From an uncultured delta proteobacterium (GTDB lineage Bacteria > Desulfobacterota > Desulfomonilia > Desulfomonilales > Desulfomonilaceae), in the NCBI GenBank assembly GCA_963789265.1, contig CAWBKB010000004.1, positions 1 to 64,000 of the forward strand: DNA of 64,000 nucleotides. Reading direction: 5' to 3'. The position numbers and the translations under genes are program-made. Under the pieces are notes generated by a model that saw nothing but the letters and a program-made list of their open reading frames with translations, did no database searches and was not told the origin of the DNA. Each line of letters starts with the position of its first letter. Within the stretch, counting starts at the first letter, position 1. This document shows positions 20,259 to 30,894 of this stretch, piece after piece.

Positions 20259-21449
20259 CTAATTAGACTGAGCGTGCTTGGCAGGCTCTTTGGCAATAAT
20301 TCCTTTATCTCGAAACCATTTTATCAATTCCGGATCATCCGAAGGACTTAAAACAATTTTGGGATGTTTACTGTGAGGATTTTTGATGATAATGACAGGA
20401 GGATATGGTGATTGCACAACCCATTTATCGGTCGGAACCTTGATTCGCTCGTTTAATAATTTAAAAGCAGTGGCATATTGATTTGCATTGAGTTCCTTAG
20501 TAACATTACGAGCAACGGGATTATTCATCGTGTATTCATAAAAATTAGTTCTGATAGGTTCAACGCGTTTATCATTTGGATCATTAGGAAAAGATACCAT
20601 AGCAAGGATGTGTTGTGCTCTATGCTTTTCTATGACCTCGGTCATCATTATCTTAATAAGATCAAGTTTCAATTTATAACGCCCCTTGATATTCATACCT
20701 TTCCCCTTGCGTACGTTGGCAAAATTAAAACTATCATTACTTACATCAATCACACGAAGATTTTGAGAATTAGCGTCTCTAAAAATCGTCAAATCTATAT
20801 TTTGCTCGGCAAGCAGCCTTTGTTGTTGTTTCATTAATTGTTGTCTCTCGAATTCGGTAACCCCAACAAGTAAAGGCACAAACTTCTCGTCCCAAATTCT
20901 TTTGGCATAAGTATTGAGTATTCTACTCTGAAAAGCTACCTCAGAAGATGCTTTAATGCCTTCGATAATTTCTTGAGGAACTGTATCTATGATGCTTTGA
21001 AAAGCTTCATTTTTAAGTTTATCAACTTCCTTATTGTCAAATTTTAAAATCCCTTCATTAAGTTCCTTTTTAAGAACAGGCAACTTTTCATAGAGACCAT
21101 CGGTCGTTTTCTTACGAAAATATTCATAATATAACTTTCCGTCTCTTATATCCCGAATCACGCCAATTTCCTCCCTAAACTTTTTCATCGCTGGGGTTAT
21201 TTTTGGCATTTTCAACTCTTTCGGCAACTTATATTCTTGTGGTGCGCTTTTTTCAGAGGTTGCTTCCTCTGCGTAGGCACAACCTCTCCTGATGGAAAAT
21301 ACTTTCTCAAAAGCTGGTTCGAGGGGAACAATAACTACCGCAGCCAACAGTGAGAGTCCCCAGACTCCGAACGCACTCAAGAGTCGGATGAACTCATGAC
21401 GAGATGAATCTTGATCCGTGGGCATGACCTTTACTTCCCTCCCGATCAC
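20259..21449 (-). CDS. Hypothetical exported protein, AT-rich
   Basis: 396-aa ORF with an N-terminal hydrophobic segment and AYA-E cleavage-like motif; Lys-rich. Confidence 0.75.
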   Translation of the reverse strand: MIGREVKVMPTDQDSSRHEFIRLLSAFGVWGLSLLAAVVIVPLEPAFEKVFSIRRGCAYAEEATSEKSAPQEYKLPKELKMPKITPAMKKFREEIGVIRDIRDGKLYYEYFRKKTTDGLYEKLPVLKKELNEGILKFDNKEVDKLKNEAFQSIIDTVPQEIIEGIKASSEVAFQSRILNTYAKRIWDEKFVPLLVGVTEFERQQLMKQQQRLLAEQNIDLTIFRDANSQNLRVIDVSNDSFNFANVRKGKGMNIKGRYKLKLDLIKIMMTEVIEKHRAQHILAMVSFPNDPNDKRVEPIRTNFYEYTMNNPVARNVTKELNANQYATAFKLLNERIKVPTDKWVVQSPYPPVIIIKNPHSKHPKIVLSPSDDPELIKWFRDKGIIAKEPAKHAQSN

Positions 21450-21615
21450 AGGCTACTTTAGTGGCAGAATTACTGGCAGATTCTTTGAATGTATCTCACC
21501 ACGTCCTCTTCGGTCAATGAATTTCTGTGCCGGTTTACATCCACCTCAGGCTTTTCCATAAAAACGACAGACTTGGCCTGTGGTTACATTTGGGGTTCAT
21601 CCTCTGGTGGTGCGA

Positions 21616-21846
21616 TCATTCTTGTAGCTCATACTCTAGCGTCTCAGCACTGAAATCCTGTTCGTGCGGCCACATGATACCCCCGAAAGCAGGTCTGACA
21701 GAACGGAAGTAAGCTAGGTCTTTGAGCTCCACAAAATCACCTTTGTCAATATAGGGCGAAACATCAAAAACGCCCTTTCGCCCGTTCGAAAATTCGACTC
21801 TAAGTTTGTAATCCTCTGCCGGATCAACGGATATGACCTTAATCAT
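21616..21846 (-). CDS. DUF2442 domain protein (TA-like partner)
   Basis: DYKLRVEFSNG..GVFDVSPY...F..L.D..YF..V......WP.EQD. Confidence 0.88.
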   Translation of the reverse strand: MIKVISVDPAEDYKLRVEFSNGRKGVFDVSPYIDKGDFVELKDLAYFRSVRPAFGGIMWPHEQDFSAETLEYELQE

Positions 21847-21854
21847 GCTTCACC

Positions 21855-22124
21855 TCATCTGAGCGGCTCTATCTTGAAAGGCAATTGTCCTTCAACCGCC
21901 AGTTTCCAGTTGGCCAACAAGGCTTCCCTATGGATTTCGATCCATGCCTGTACCAATCTCATCTTTGGTCTCGGCAGGCCACCTTCCAGGACTTCCCCGT
22001 CATCAATTCCAACGATCGCTTCATACTCGGCGTACTGGGCATGAATGTGGGGAAGATTGTGCTTCTTGTTGTCGAAACAGAACATTAAGATCATGATGCC
22101 ATAGAACATCGAGATTACAGGCAT
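21855..22124 (-). CDS. DUF4160 domain protein
   Basis: MPVISMFYGI.I.M...D...H..PHIHA.Y...LV.AW.EIH...L..NW. Confidence 0.9.
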   Translation of the reverse strand: MPVISMFYGIMILMFCFDNKKHNLPHIHAQYAEYEAIVGIDDGEVLEGGLPRPKMRLVQAWIEIHREALLANWKLAVEGQLPFKIEPLR

Positions 22125-22393
22125 GATCCCTCCACTGTTTACACTGCTGTTCAATCCAAGTGTAAGCGAAGACCACGACTGCTGCAATAGCGAGTTGGGC
22201 GACGCGAGGCAGACTCATATCTCCACCGACTGCACATGAGATTACCCTTCCTGTCTTCGTCCTTGGTGGCGAAAGTCCGAGCTGCACAGAGGACGGATTC
22301 GTGGCCAACGCGAAAGAGACGAGCCGGGTAGTCGCCACCCACGCAAAAAATGATATTATATCTCCCCCAAAGCCGTCGCGTGAGGGAGAAGAA

Positions 22394-22657
22394 ATGTCCA
22401 GAACCAAGATCGGGATTTTCCGGCTCGGCGATTACCGCTCCAAACCCAATGAACTGGCTCGGCCAAACGCGGAGGAGGCCACGGTCCAATTGGAGCGCGC
22501 CCTGACAAAACCTGGCCGTGCGAGCTATCGCATCGAAGGTTTTCTCACGCGACCCCACGAAGCAATCGAGAAGCTCGGCCCGGTGGATGACCCTCTCATC
22601 GGCGTATTCGTGCACTGGTGCTATGGGCCTCACACCACTGACGGGGTCATCGGCTAA
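22394..22657 (+). pseudogene. Truncated duplicate of the 5' end of the fucose-isomerase-like gene at 23192
   Basis: 87 codons collinear with 23192-23452, including the RBS region; ends in TAA at 22655. Confidence 0.9.
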
Positions 22658-22690
22658 GAGATCGGGTCCTTTCAGACGCGGAGGTGCTTT

Positions 22691-23152
22691 ATGGAGAGGG
22701 ATCATACCGTTTCAGGAACGAATCCGCAGATTGCGCAGATGGCCGCAGATTCTAAAGACGAACAAACCCATGCTATCATCGGCGCGGCAATGGAGGTTCA
22801 TCGACAACTTGGTGCGGGATTCTTAGAAGCCGTTTATCAGCAGGCGCTCGCTATCGAGTTCTCGGCCCGAGGCGTTCCTTTCGCGAGCGAAGTGGATCTG
22901 CCGGTGCACTATAAGGGGCAGCGACTGCCCTGCTCCTATCGCGCTGATTTTGTGTGTTACAACAATGTGATTGTCGAGCTGAAGGCGTTGAAAGCGATCA
23001 CTAGCATCGAAGAGGCCCAACTCTTGAATTATCTCAAGGCAACACGTCTCGAGCGGGGTCTACTAGTGAATTTCGGCCGGCAAAGCCTTGAGTTTAAGCG
23101 TTTTGTATTTTCTAATCTGCGAAAATCTGCGGAATCTGCGGATAAGAGATGA
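22691..23152 (+). CDS. GxxExxY protein (PD-(D/E)xK nuclease-like)
   Basis: IIGAAMEVH..LGAGFLEAVYQ, YRADFVC, VELKA, QLLNYLKAT...GLLVNFG. Confidence 0.95.
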   Translation: MERDHTVSGTNPQIAQMAADSKDEQTHAIIGAAMEVHRQLGAGFLEAVYQQALAIEFSARGVPFASEVDLPVHYKGQRLPCSYRADFVCYNNVIVELKALKAITSIEEAQLLNYLKATRLERGLLVNFGRQSLEFKRFVFSNLRKSAESADKR

Positions 23153-23191
23153 CTTTATGTCCTCCGAAATCCGTCGCGTGATGGAGAAGAA

Positions 23192-24715
23192 ATGTCCAGA
23201 ACCAAAATCGGGATTTTCTGGCCCGGCGATTACCGCTCGCAACCCAACGATCTGGCTCGGCCAAATGCGGAGGAGGCCACGATCCAACTGGAGCGTGCCC
23301 TGAAAAAACTCGGCCGTGAGAGCTATCGCATCGAAGGTTTTCTCACGCGACCCCACGAAGCCATCGAGATGCTCGGCCCGGTGGATGACCCTCTCATCGG
23401 CGTTTTCGTGCACTGGTGCTACGGGCCGCACACCACTGACGGTGTTGTCGGCAAAGACAGCCCGTTGCTGCTGGCGAGTAATTTTTCGGGGCAGTGGCCG
23501 GGGCTCGTCGGTCTACTCAACACCGGAGCCTGTCTGGAGAGCCTGGGCCGCAAATTCTCTCGTGTGTGGACCGACGCTGAAGACTGGACCGCGGACGATG
23601 CATTCATGGCTCGTTTGGGCGAGTGGTGCGCGACCGGCCGCATTGGCTATTCCACCGACCAGATCGGCTATTCGGTTCCCATATCCAAAGAGGCACACGC
23701 TCGCTCGAGGCGCATCGCCGAGGAGATCGGGAAACGACGGATTCTCGCCCTGATGCTCGGGGATACATCCATGGGGATGATCAACGGCTACTTTGGCCCG
23801 CGGCGGCTGGCTCCCATCGGATTCTCGGAACACAAGGTCGACCAGGCGTGGATCATCGACCGGGGCCGTTCCATCTCCGATGACCGACTCAACCGGGCAA
23901 TGGCCTTTGTAAAGGAAAGCGGCATAAAGTTCCACTGGGGCGAAGACGGGGCGAATGACTTCGACGAAAACGCCACACGGGAACAGTTGCGCGACTATCT
24001 GACCGTGCTCGACCTGGTGAGCGAGTTCAAAGCCGACTGCGTGGGTTGGCAGTATCAGCTCGGTTTGGTGCCGCTGCGGCCGCCGTCGGATTTTGCCGAA
24101 GGGCTGCTCAATTCCGTTTGCCGGCCGGAGAGCAACGGCGATGTGATCATAACCGCCACGGAGGGCGATCAAGGCAATCTCGTCCCGATGGAGCTGATGA
24201 AGCGGCTACTCAAGGCCAAGGGGCTGCACCAGGGCGTGATGTTCCACGATGTGCGCTGGGGCGCTGAATATCAGGGACGATTCCTGTGGGTGCTGCTAAA
24301 CTCAGGCTCGTGCGGAGGATATGCCATGAGCGGCGACCCCGACACGCTCACAGGCGTCCACTCGTACCGGCAACCCGCCGAGTACTTCCCGATCCCCGGC
24401 GGCACATTCGCCGGTGAAGCGCGGCCGGGCACCATTACGTGGGCCAGGGCCTATCTCAAAGACGACGAGCTGTGGATGGACGTCGGGCAAGGAGAGGTTG
24501 TCACTCTACCCGAGCAAATCCGCGAGCAGTGGTGGCGCGGCACCACGCGTGAGTGGCCGTTCATGGCAGCCGATCTTGGCGTCTCACGAGAGACTCTGAT
24601 GGCATTCTATCTGAGCAACCACATCGCCGTGGCTTATGGCGACATCCTTGAGGAAATGGCCGCGCTCTCGCAAATGCTGGGCTTCAGAGTTCGTTTTCTG
24701 GGAAGGGACGCATGA
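23192..24715 (+). CDS. L-fucose/L-arabinose isomerase-like protein
   Basis: PGLVGLLN...L, MGM.NG, GWQYQLG, EGDQG, HDVRWG, NSGS, SNHI.VAYGD; adjacent to a sugar kinase. Confidence 0.78.
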   Translation: MSRTKIGIFWPGDYRSQPNDLARPNAEEATIQLERALKKLGRESYRIEGFLTRPHEAIEMLGPVDDPLIGVFVHWCYGPHTTDGVVGKDSPLLLASNFSGQWPGLVGLLNTGACLESLGRKFSRVWTDAEDWTADDAFMARLGEWCATGRIGYSTDQIGYSVPISKEAHARSRRIAEEIGKRRILALMLGDTSMGMINGYFGPRRLAPIGFSEHKVDQAWIIDRGRSISDDRLNRAMAFVKESGIKFHWGEDGANDFDENATREQLRDYLTVLDLVSEFKADCVGWQYQLGLVPLRPPSDFAEGLLNSVCRPESNGDVIITATEGDQGNLVPMELMKRLLKAKGLHQGVMFHDVRWGAEYQGRFLWVLLNSGSCGGYAMSGDPDTLTGVHSYRQPAEYFPIPGGTFAGEARPGTITWARAYLKDDELWMDVGQGEVVTLPEQIREQWWRGTTREWPFMAADLGVSRETLMAFYLSNHIAVAYGDILEEMAALSQMLGFRVRFLGRDA

Positions 24716-24716
24716 T

Positions 24717-26387
24717 ATGACGCAGGATCGGCGCTGCTATATCGGCATCGACGTGGGAACAGGGAGTGCTCGAGCGGGAGTGTTCGACGCAAGCGGCAAG
24801 ATGCTCGGGCAGGGCTCGCACCCCATCAAAATGTGGAAGCCGCAGGCCGATTTCGTGGAGCAATCGTCGGACGATATCTGGGCCACCAGCGCTGCGGCGG
24901 TACGTCAAGCCGTCAAAGAGGCTGATATCGACCCAACGAACGTGAGAGGGATCGGCTTCGATGCAACCTGCTCCCTGGTGGCCCTGGGCGAGAACGATCG
25001 GCCCGTGTCGGTGAGCCCTACCGGTAACGACGAACAGAACGTCGTTGTTTGGATGGACCACAGGGCCCTGGAGCAGACCGCTCGCATCAACCACGGAAGA
25101 CATGCCGTGCTGCGCTATGTGGGCGGGATCATCTCCCCTGAGATGGAGTCGCCCAAGCTTTGCTGGCTCAGAGAGAATCTTCCAGATTGCTGGAAACGAG
25201 CTCGTCGCCTTTTCGATCTGGCTGATTTCCTGACCTATCGAGCCACCGGCGACGAGACACGTTCTCTGTGCACCACCGTGTGCAAGTGGACCTACCAAGG
25301 TCACTTGGAGCCGACGATATCGGGCAGCGTGGGGAGCTGGGACGACACATACTGGCAGTCCATCGGGCTGGGTGAACTGGCCTCGGAAGGCTACCGGCGC
25401 ATCGGAACTTGCATCCGCCCTATGGGCGAATCAATTGCGCACGGGCTTACCGAAAGAGCGGCAGCCGATTTTGGTCTCAGCCCGGGAACCCCGGTTGCGG
25501 TGTCGATCATCGACGCCCATGCCGGCGGCGTTGGAATGCTGGGAGCACGTCTCACTGAGGGCGGCGAGGTTGAGCTTGAAAAGCGGCTGGCACTCATTGG
25601 CGGCACATCCAGTTGTCACATGGCGGTCTCCAAAGAACCTCGCTTCGTCGACGGAGTCTGGGGACCGTTCTATTCCGCGATGATCCCCGGGTTATGGCTA
25701 ACCGAAGGCGGCCAATCCGCCACCGGCGCGCTCATCGATCACATCATCTTCAGTCACGTTCGGAGCCGTGAGCTTGAACAAGATGCAAAAGAGCGCGGGA
25801 TCACCGTGTACGAAATTCTCGCGGAGGTGCTCGAAAAGCTCGCCGCGGGAACGGAGTTTCCAGCCCAGCTCAGCAAGAAGCTCCACGTGCAACCGGATTT
25901 CCACGGCAACCGCTCCCCCAGAGCCAATCCGCACGCCCGCGGGATGGTCTCGGGTCTGAGGCTCAGCGACAGCCTTGAGGACCTTGCCCTGCTCTACTTG
26001 GCTACAATCCAAGCGGTAGCCCACGGCACCCGTCACATCCTGGATGCCATGACCGAAAGCGGGTACGAGATCGAGACCGTGCTCACCACGGGCGGCGGTG
26101 CGAAGAATCCCATCTTCCTACGCGAGCACGCGGACATTACCGGACGAAAAATCGTCCTCCCCAAAGAGCCCGAGGCTGTGCTCCTCGGCTCGGCCATGCT
26201 CGGCGCGGTCGCGGCCGGGGATTTCGCCACGGTGACTGAAGCGATGACAAAAATGAGCGCAGCCGACACGGTTATCGAACCCTGCCAGGGCGCCGCAGCG
26301 AAGTACCACAACGCCAAGCACGAGGTTTTCCTTCGGATGTACGAAGATCAGATGCAATACAACGAGATGATGGACCGAAAATCGTAG
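24717..26387 (+). CDS. FGGY-family carbohydrate kinase (D-ribulokinase-like)
   Basis: [35 protein letters not shown]. Confidence 0.95.
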   Translation: MTQDRRCYIGIDVGTGSARAGVFDASGKMLGQGSHPIKMWKPQADFVEQSSDDIWATSAAAVRQAVKEADIDPTNVRGIGFDATCSLVALGENDRPVSVSPTGNDEQNVVVWMDHRALEQTARINHGRHAVLRYVGGIISPEMESPKLCWLRENLPDCWKRARRLFDLADFLTYRATGDETRSLCTTVCKWTYQGHLEPTISGSVGSWDDTYWQSIGLGELASEGYRRIGTCIRPMGESIAHGLTERAAADFGLSPGTPVAVSIIDAHAGGVGMLGARLTEGGEVELEKRLALIGGTSSCHMAVSKEPRFVDGVWGPFYSAMIPGLWLTEGGQSATGALIDHIIFSHVRSRELEQDAKERGITVYEILAEVLEKLAAGTEFPAQLSKKLHVQPDFHGNRSPRANPHARGMVSGLRLSDSLEDLALLYLATIQAVAHGTRHILDAMTESGYEIETVLTTGGGAKNPIFLREHADITGRKIVLPKEPEAVLLGSAMLGAVAAGDFATVTEAMTKMSAADTVIEPCQGAAAKYHNAKHEVFLRMYEDQMQYNEMMDRKS

Positions 26388-26749
26388 GCGAAAGATCTTC
26401 CAAGAAACTTCCTTTCACATACTCGAAAGAAAATGGATTTGAATTAGAACATCCCTTCCTTGCATGGTTCCGTGGGGTCATGATTACGAGACCTCCCGAG
26501 GCCGCGAGCTTGTCAGAAAACGTTCAGGATTTCCTCAACTGAGCGCATGGGGATGGGCACCTCAAGACCTGTCACTAATTTGTTGTCTCCGATCATGCAA
26601 CGTGCTGATTTGATGTGACGGGTCGAAACCGTCGTGACAAGCCAACATTGCGGTATTAGGTTATTTGTAGTCTTTTCCCAATGCCTGTTGACTAGGGCGT
26701 CCGGAACTCGATAAGATACCAGTGCCACATATTCCTTATGGAGATACGC

Positions 26750-27698
26750 ATGCACCCGAACCAGGCTAGCCGAACTGCCGAGTACATGGCATTGTTCCGA
26801 GCTCTTGAGTCGTCACGTCCCTCCTCGTGCCGACTCTTTACCGACCCGTTCGCTCAAGGGCTTCTCCGCCCATCTCTACGCATTGCCTCGGGGATGGCGC
26901 GTGTTCCTGTGGTAGGCAGAGTGATTCCTTGGATTATTGATCGCAAGTGGCCGGGCGCACGAGGATCGTGCGTCGGCCGCACCCGTTTTATAGATGATGC
27001 GCTCCTTAGAGCGCTACACGATGGGGTGGAACAGGTGGTCATTTTGGGCGCGGGCTTTGACTGCCGGGGGTATCGCCTCGTTGGAATGGATCGTGTGCGT
27101 GTCATCGAGGTAGATCACTCTGATACCGGTAAGGCAAAACGTGAGCGACTCCAGCGGCTTCTTGGCAGGCTACCGGATCATGTAACATTTCGCGGCCATG
27201 GACTTTAACAGGGAACATCTCCAGGATGTGCTCGCCCCGCCCGTATTTGATGGACGACGCAAGACTTTCTTCCTTTGGGAAGGCGTGACGCAGTATCTCT
27301 CTGCACCCGCAGTTGACGCGACGTTTCAAGCAATCCGTAGGCTTGCGGAATGTGGTACAGTGCTCTTCACTTATGTCGATAAGGCCGTAATTGACGCACC
27401 AAACTCGTTTAAAGGCACAGGCAGCTTGAATCAAATTTTGCAAAGAGCAGGAGAGGCATGGACGTTTGGTTTTGATCCGTCGGAGCTCCCGGACTACCTC
27501 GAAAAGCATGGGTTTCGGCTCGTCGAAGACGTCAGCTTCCCGGAATACCGGAGACTCTATATGGGCGCAAAAGTTCGCTTGCCACGCGGGTATGAGTTTT
27601 CTCGGATCGCCATTGCCGAGAGTCAGACAACTCTAGCGTCTTCGTCTGTCGATGGACAAGCGTACGAGCAGTCCAAAGACAAACTGAAAACTTGTTGA
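26750..27698 (+). pseudogene. Class I SAM-dependent methyltransferase (LCM/TIGR00027-like), +1 frameshift near 27190
   Basis: SRTAEYMA.FRA.E, RTRFIDD, QVVILGAGFD.R / DF..., FLWEGVT.YL. Removing one T in ACATTTCGCG joins the two ORFs. Confidence 0.85.
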
Positions 27699-27811
27699 TT
27701 TGCGATGCATTGCCCGTGTGGACCCGCAGTTCCTTCCACACCGGGTCCTAACGCCACCGTATTTGCGTAAAGTAGTACTAAGTATTCCGATTTACTCACA
27801 GGCGAACGTGC

Positions 27812-29713
27812 ATGGCTGATCAGTGTGATTCGAGGCACTTGGGTTACAAGGCCACCAACATCCATTGGATATACTTGTTGAACAGCGTCGTAGCCTCCGC
27901 ATTTTGGATATACTTTCTGTCTCATGGTTTTCAAACACCTGGAATTCTGGATGGTTTCTATCAAATACAAGCGCATTCGCTGGCTAACGGACAAATTTCC
28001 ATAACTCCCGGGCCGCTGGAACTTTTCTATCATGATTCCAGCCTCTATGGGGGCCGATATTATTTCTACTGGGGTTTGTTGCCCTCCGTTATCTATCTGG
28101 GACTTCACCAGATACTGGCCCGTGTTGCAGCAAATTATCTTACGGTTGCCCTGCTGTTGTTCGGTGTTGTGTACTTCTTCCAATTGATTGTTGGTATGAT
28201 TGTGGATATCGCGCTCAACGGAAGAGCTGATGAGCCGAGCTGGTGGCGTCTTACAGCTTTGCTGCTGCTATGGCTCTTTCTTTTCAATTTGCCTTTACCT
28301 TCATCCGTGGTCGGCTTTTTTTTTGGCCGGTTCTCGATTTACGAGCAGCAAATCGTATTCGCTCTGGCTTTCATCATGCCTGCGTTGTTTTTGTCCCTTA
28401 AAGGCCTCCAGAGTCGGAGAGCTTGGCAGGTCTGCTTTTCGTCCTTTTTGATCAGCTTGGGAGCTTGGACCAGAGGGATTTGGTTTCCACTCGCGGCGCT
28501 CAGTATTCCTGCGGCTTTTGCCGTCTGTGCGAGATTTCACAAGGATGATGACAATCCTCTAGCGCTTCGCCGCTATCATATATGGCTTGGGACATCGGCT
28601 CTCCTGCTGATCGGTCTGCTTTATGTGAATTACGTGAGATTTGGTTCTTTTTTTGATTTCGGTCTGACACATCAGGATCCACAAGGCTATGAATATTTGA
28701 GAAATGAGATCAGGTCGTTCTCTCCTGAGACGAGGTTATGGGATTTCGCGTTTAATACAATGTCGTATTACGTATCTCCCGCAATAATTGAAAATCTTGG
28801 CATTTCAGCGATAAGTTCGTCAGCCTGGGAGGGGAATCCTCCAAGTTTCTTCCATTTCAATCCGCTATTCCTGCTTCTGATTCCGTTAATACCTCTGGGC
28901 CTGTACAAAGCCGCAAGACGCAAACCAAACCTTCTCGCTCCACTGATTCTTACGGGCTTTCTCGTGTTCTATTTAAACATCATAATTGGCGCATGTAGCA
29001 CGATGGTGACCATGAGGTATTTTGGAGAATTCTACTATTTTTTGATCTTATTCTTATTCTTGGTTGTCCTTTCATTGCTTCATTTTAGGTATGCATTCTT
29101 CGTAATGGTGGTGCTGCTTGCGGTTTACCTTCCATCCAACATCGGATCCTTTCTAAACGCCCGGCCGGAATTGAGACTTGTACAAGGAACCCCAAATTTT
29201 GACTTGATAAAGGACACGCACCAGCGCTTCCGGTCGTACTTCATTGAACGTAATGTGGTTTGGTTTAATGGAAGCATTTCCTACGACTGCGCCGCCACCG
29301 CCAGGCGTTACAATGCCATCGGCATAGCTCCGGGACCAAGAGGGTTGCTTCAAGCACAGGATGTGTCGGCTATTTACATTATTCCGAAACTGCACGGTGG
29401 TCTCCGGCATCGAAACGGCCGAATATCGATTCGGAAAATCACATCCACTGTAGGAAATGGGAGCGTCAAGGTCTACGTCGACGGCCGTTTTGTAGGACGA
29501 ATCAAATTGAAATCCGGGAAGTCGGCCAACATCTCCTTTTCGGTCTCTTCTCTTCCGGATGCGGCACTTCCGTGCCAGATTCTTTTGGTCTTTTTTCCAG
29601 GGACCCAAGAGTACCTGTCTCCGATTCGGCCACCGACTTCTGTCCTCACGTTCAGAGAAATAAAATTGGAACGATATGGATCGACTGATTCGGGAAAGGA
29701 GACCCTAAGGTAA
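27812..29713 (+). CDS. Polytopic membrane protein, possible GT-C glycosyltransferase
   Basis: About 11 TM segments, DSSLYGGRYYFYWG, YVNYVRFGS..DFG, MRY..EF; soluble C-terminal domain. Confidence 0.7.
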   Translation: MADQCDSRHLGYKATNIHWIYLLNSVVASAFWIYFLSHGFQTPGILDGFYQIQAHSLANGQISITPGPLELFYHDSSLYGGRYYFYWGLLPSVIYLGLHQILARVAANYLTVALLLFGVVYFFQLIVGMIVDIALNGRADEPSWWRLTALLLLWLFLFNLPLPSSVVGFFFGRFSIYEQQIVFALAFIMPALFLSLKGLQSRRAWQVCFSSFLISLGAWTRGIWFPLAALSIPAAFAVCARFHKDDDNPLALRRYHIWLGTSALLLIGLLYVNYVRFGSFFDFGLTHQDPQGYEYLRNEIRSFSPETRLWDFAFNTMSYYVSPAIIENLGISAISSSAWEGNPPSFFHFNPLFLLLIPLIPLGLYKAARRKPNLLAPLILTGFLVFYLNIIIGACSTMVTMRYFGEFYYFLILFLFLVVLSLLHFRYAFFVMVVLLAVYLPSNIGSFLNARPELRLVQGTPNFDLIKDTHQRFRSYFIERNVVWFNGSISYDCAATARRYNAIGIAPGPRGLLQAQDVSAIYIIPKLHGGLRHRNGRISIRKITSTVGNGSVKVYVDGRFVGRIKLKSGKSANISFSVSSLPDAALPCQILLVFFPGTQEYLSPIRPPTSVLTFREIKLERYGSTDSGKETLR

Positions 29714-29945
29714 CCGGCAAGCTTTCCGGTCTACTATTCCGAGGCGACCCTTGGGTTGTCGGCTCAAACCGGACGGCCCAATGCTGGAATGAAGCGTGTG
29801 ATGGGCTGTCATTTCTTTTCCGGCAGCCACCGGATTGAGGGTTGTGCACAGCGAATTCTCCTGATGAGCCCGAGTGAGGAAGAATCTCGAGCGAGGGAAA
29901 TGCACGCGCTGAGGGCATCATTTGATTGGGAAGGGAGGACCAGAA

Positions 29946-30644
29946 ATGGTTTCTGCGCTGGCAATTTATTGGAGGTTGGCGAGCGACGTACTCCGGATTC
30001 TCGGCTTGTGTTTCATTGGTGTCCTTACGTTGTGGAAGCGGCTTGCTAAGCCGCGCCTTATCATTTCGGTAAATGAACCCGATGATCGTAATTATCAGGG
30101 GCGTCCGGCCGCGGAGGCGCGGTACCTGCTCGTTAGGGTGTCCAATCAACTCCCGCCGAGGCTTCTTTACTTTCATCACAGGAAACCGGCTGTTGGATGT
30201 AAAGCACTTATCACCTTTCACACTGCCGCCAATGGGAGGAAGTTTATTGACGACGAAATGACGGGCCGTTGGGCGCGATCCAGGGAACCGATCAGCGCTG
30301 TTTGCACGAATCAGGGCACTCTTTCTTACATTCCCGATCCAACGGTGGTGCGAGACGATCTGGATATATATGCCGGTCAGCAGGAGGCACTTGACGTGGC
30401 GGCGCGGTTCGATCGGGAGGACGAATGCTACGGGTGGAATAACGAGGCGTACTGGTCTCCGACGCTCTGGCGTTCAGAGCACTGGAAGCTCCCCAAAGGT
30501 GAGTATCTGGTGGTCGTGACCATACGAACCAGCGACGGTCTCGAATATCGCAACATATTCAAACTCCTCAATGCAGGGACGCGGCAAGATTTTCGGCTGG
30601 AACACGCATCAAAGGAAGAACAGCGGAGGCTGCCCAAGATTTGA
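29946..30644 (+). CDS. Hypothetical protein with N-terminal TM anchor
   Basis: Long ORF, RBS GGAGGA before ATG at 29946; motifs GRW and CYGWNNEAY. Confidence 0.7.
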   Translation: MVSALAIYWRLASDVLRILGLCFIGVLTLWKRLAKPRLIISVNEPDDRNYQGRPAAEARYLLVRVSNQLPPRLLYFHHRKPAVGCKALITFHTAANGRKFIDDEMTGRWARSREPISAVCTNQGTLSYIPDPTVVRDDLDIYAGQQEALDVAARFDREDECYGWNNEAYWSPTLWRSEHWKLPKGEYLVVVTIRTSDGLEYRNIFKLLNAGTRQDFRLEHASKEEQRRLPKI

Positions 30645-30894
30645 CGCGGGGAAAGGCGACCGATGATACTATTTCGCTTTCATACAAATAATACGAGTGC
30701 GCGATCAAACGGTGAACAATCAAGGAAATACAGCACGGATCTGACAAAGCCCAGATCCGTGGCACCCAGGCAGGTCCGTCAGCTGGTCCCAGTCGAGTTG
30801 CGCCCGAATATTTTTCCGACAATAGGCATAGAGTTAGCTAGATCTCTCTGGCTGAGGCCTGAAAGAATCCCGTCTTTCTGGAGGAGCGTTTCCA

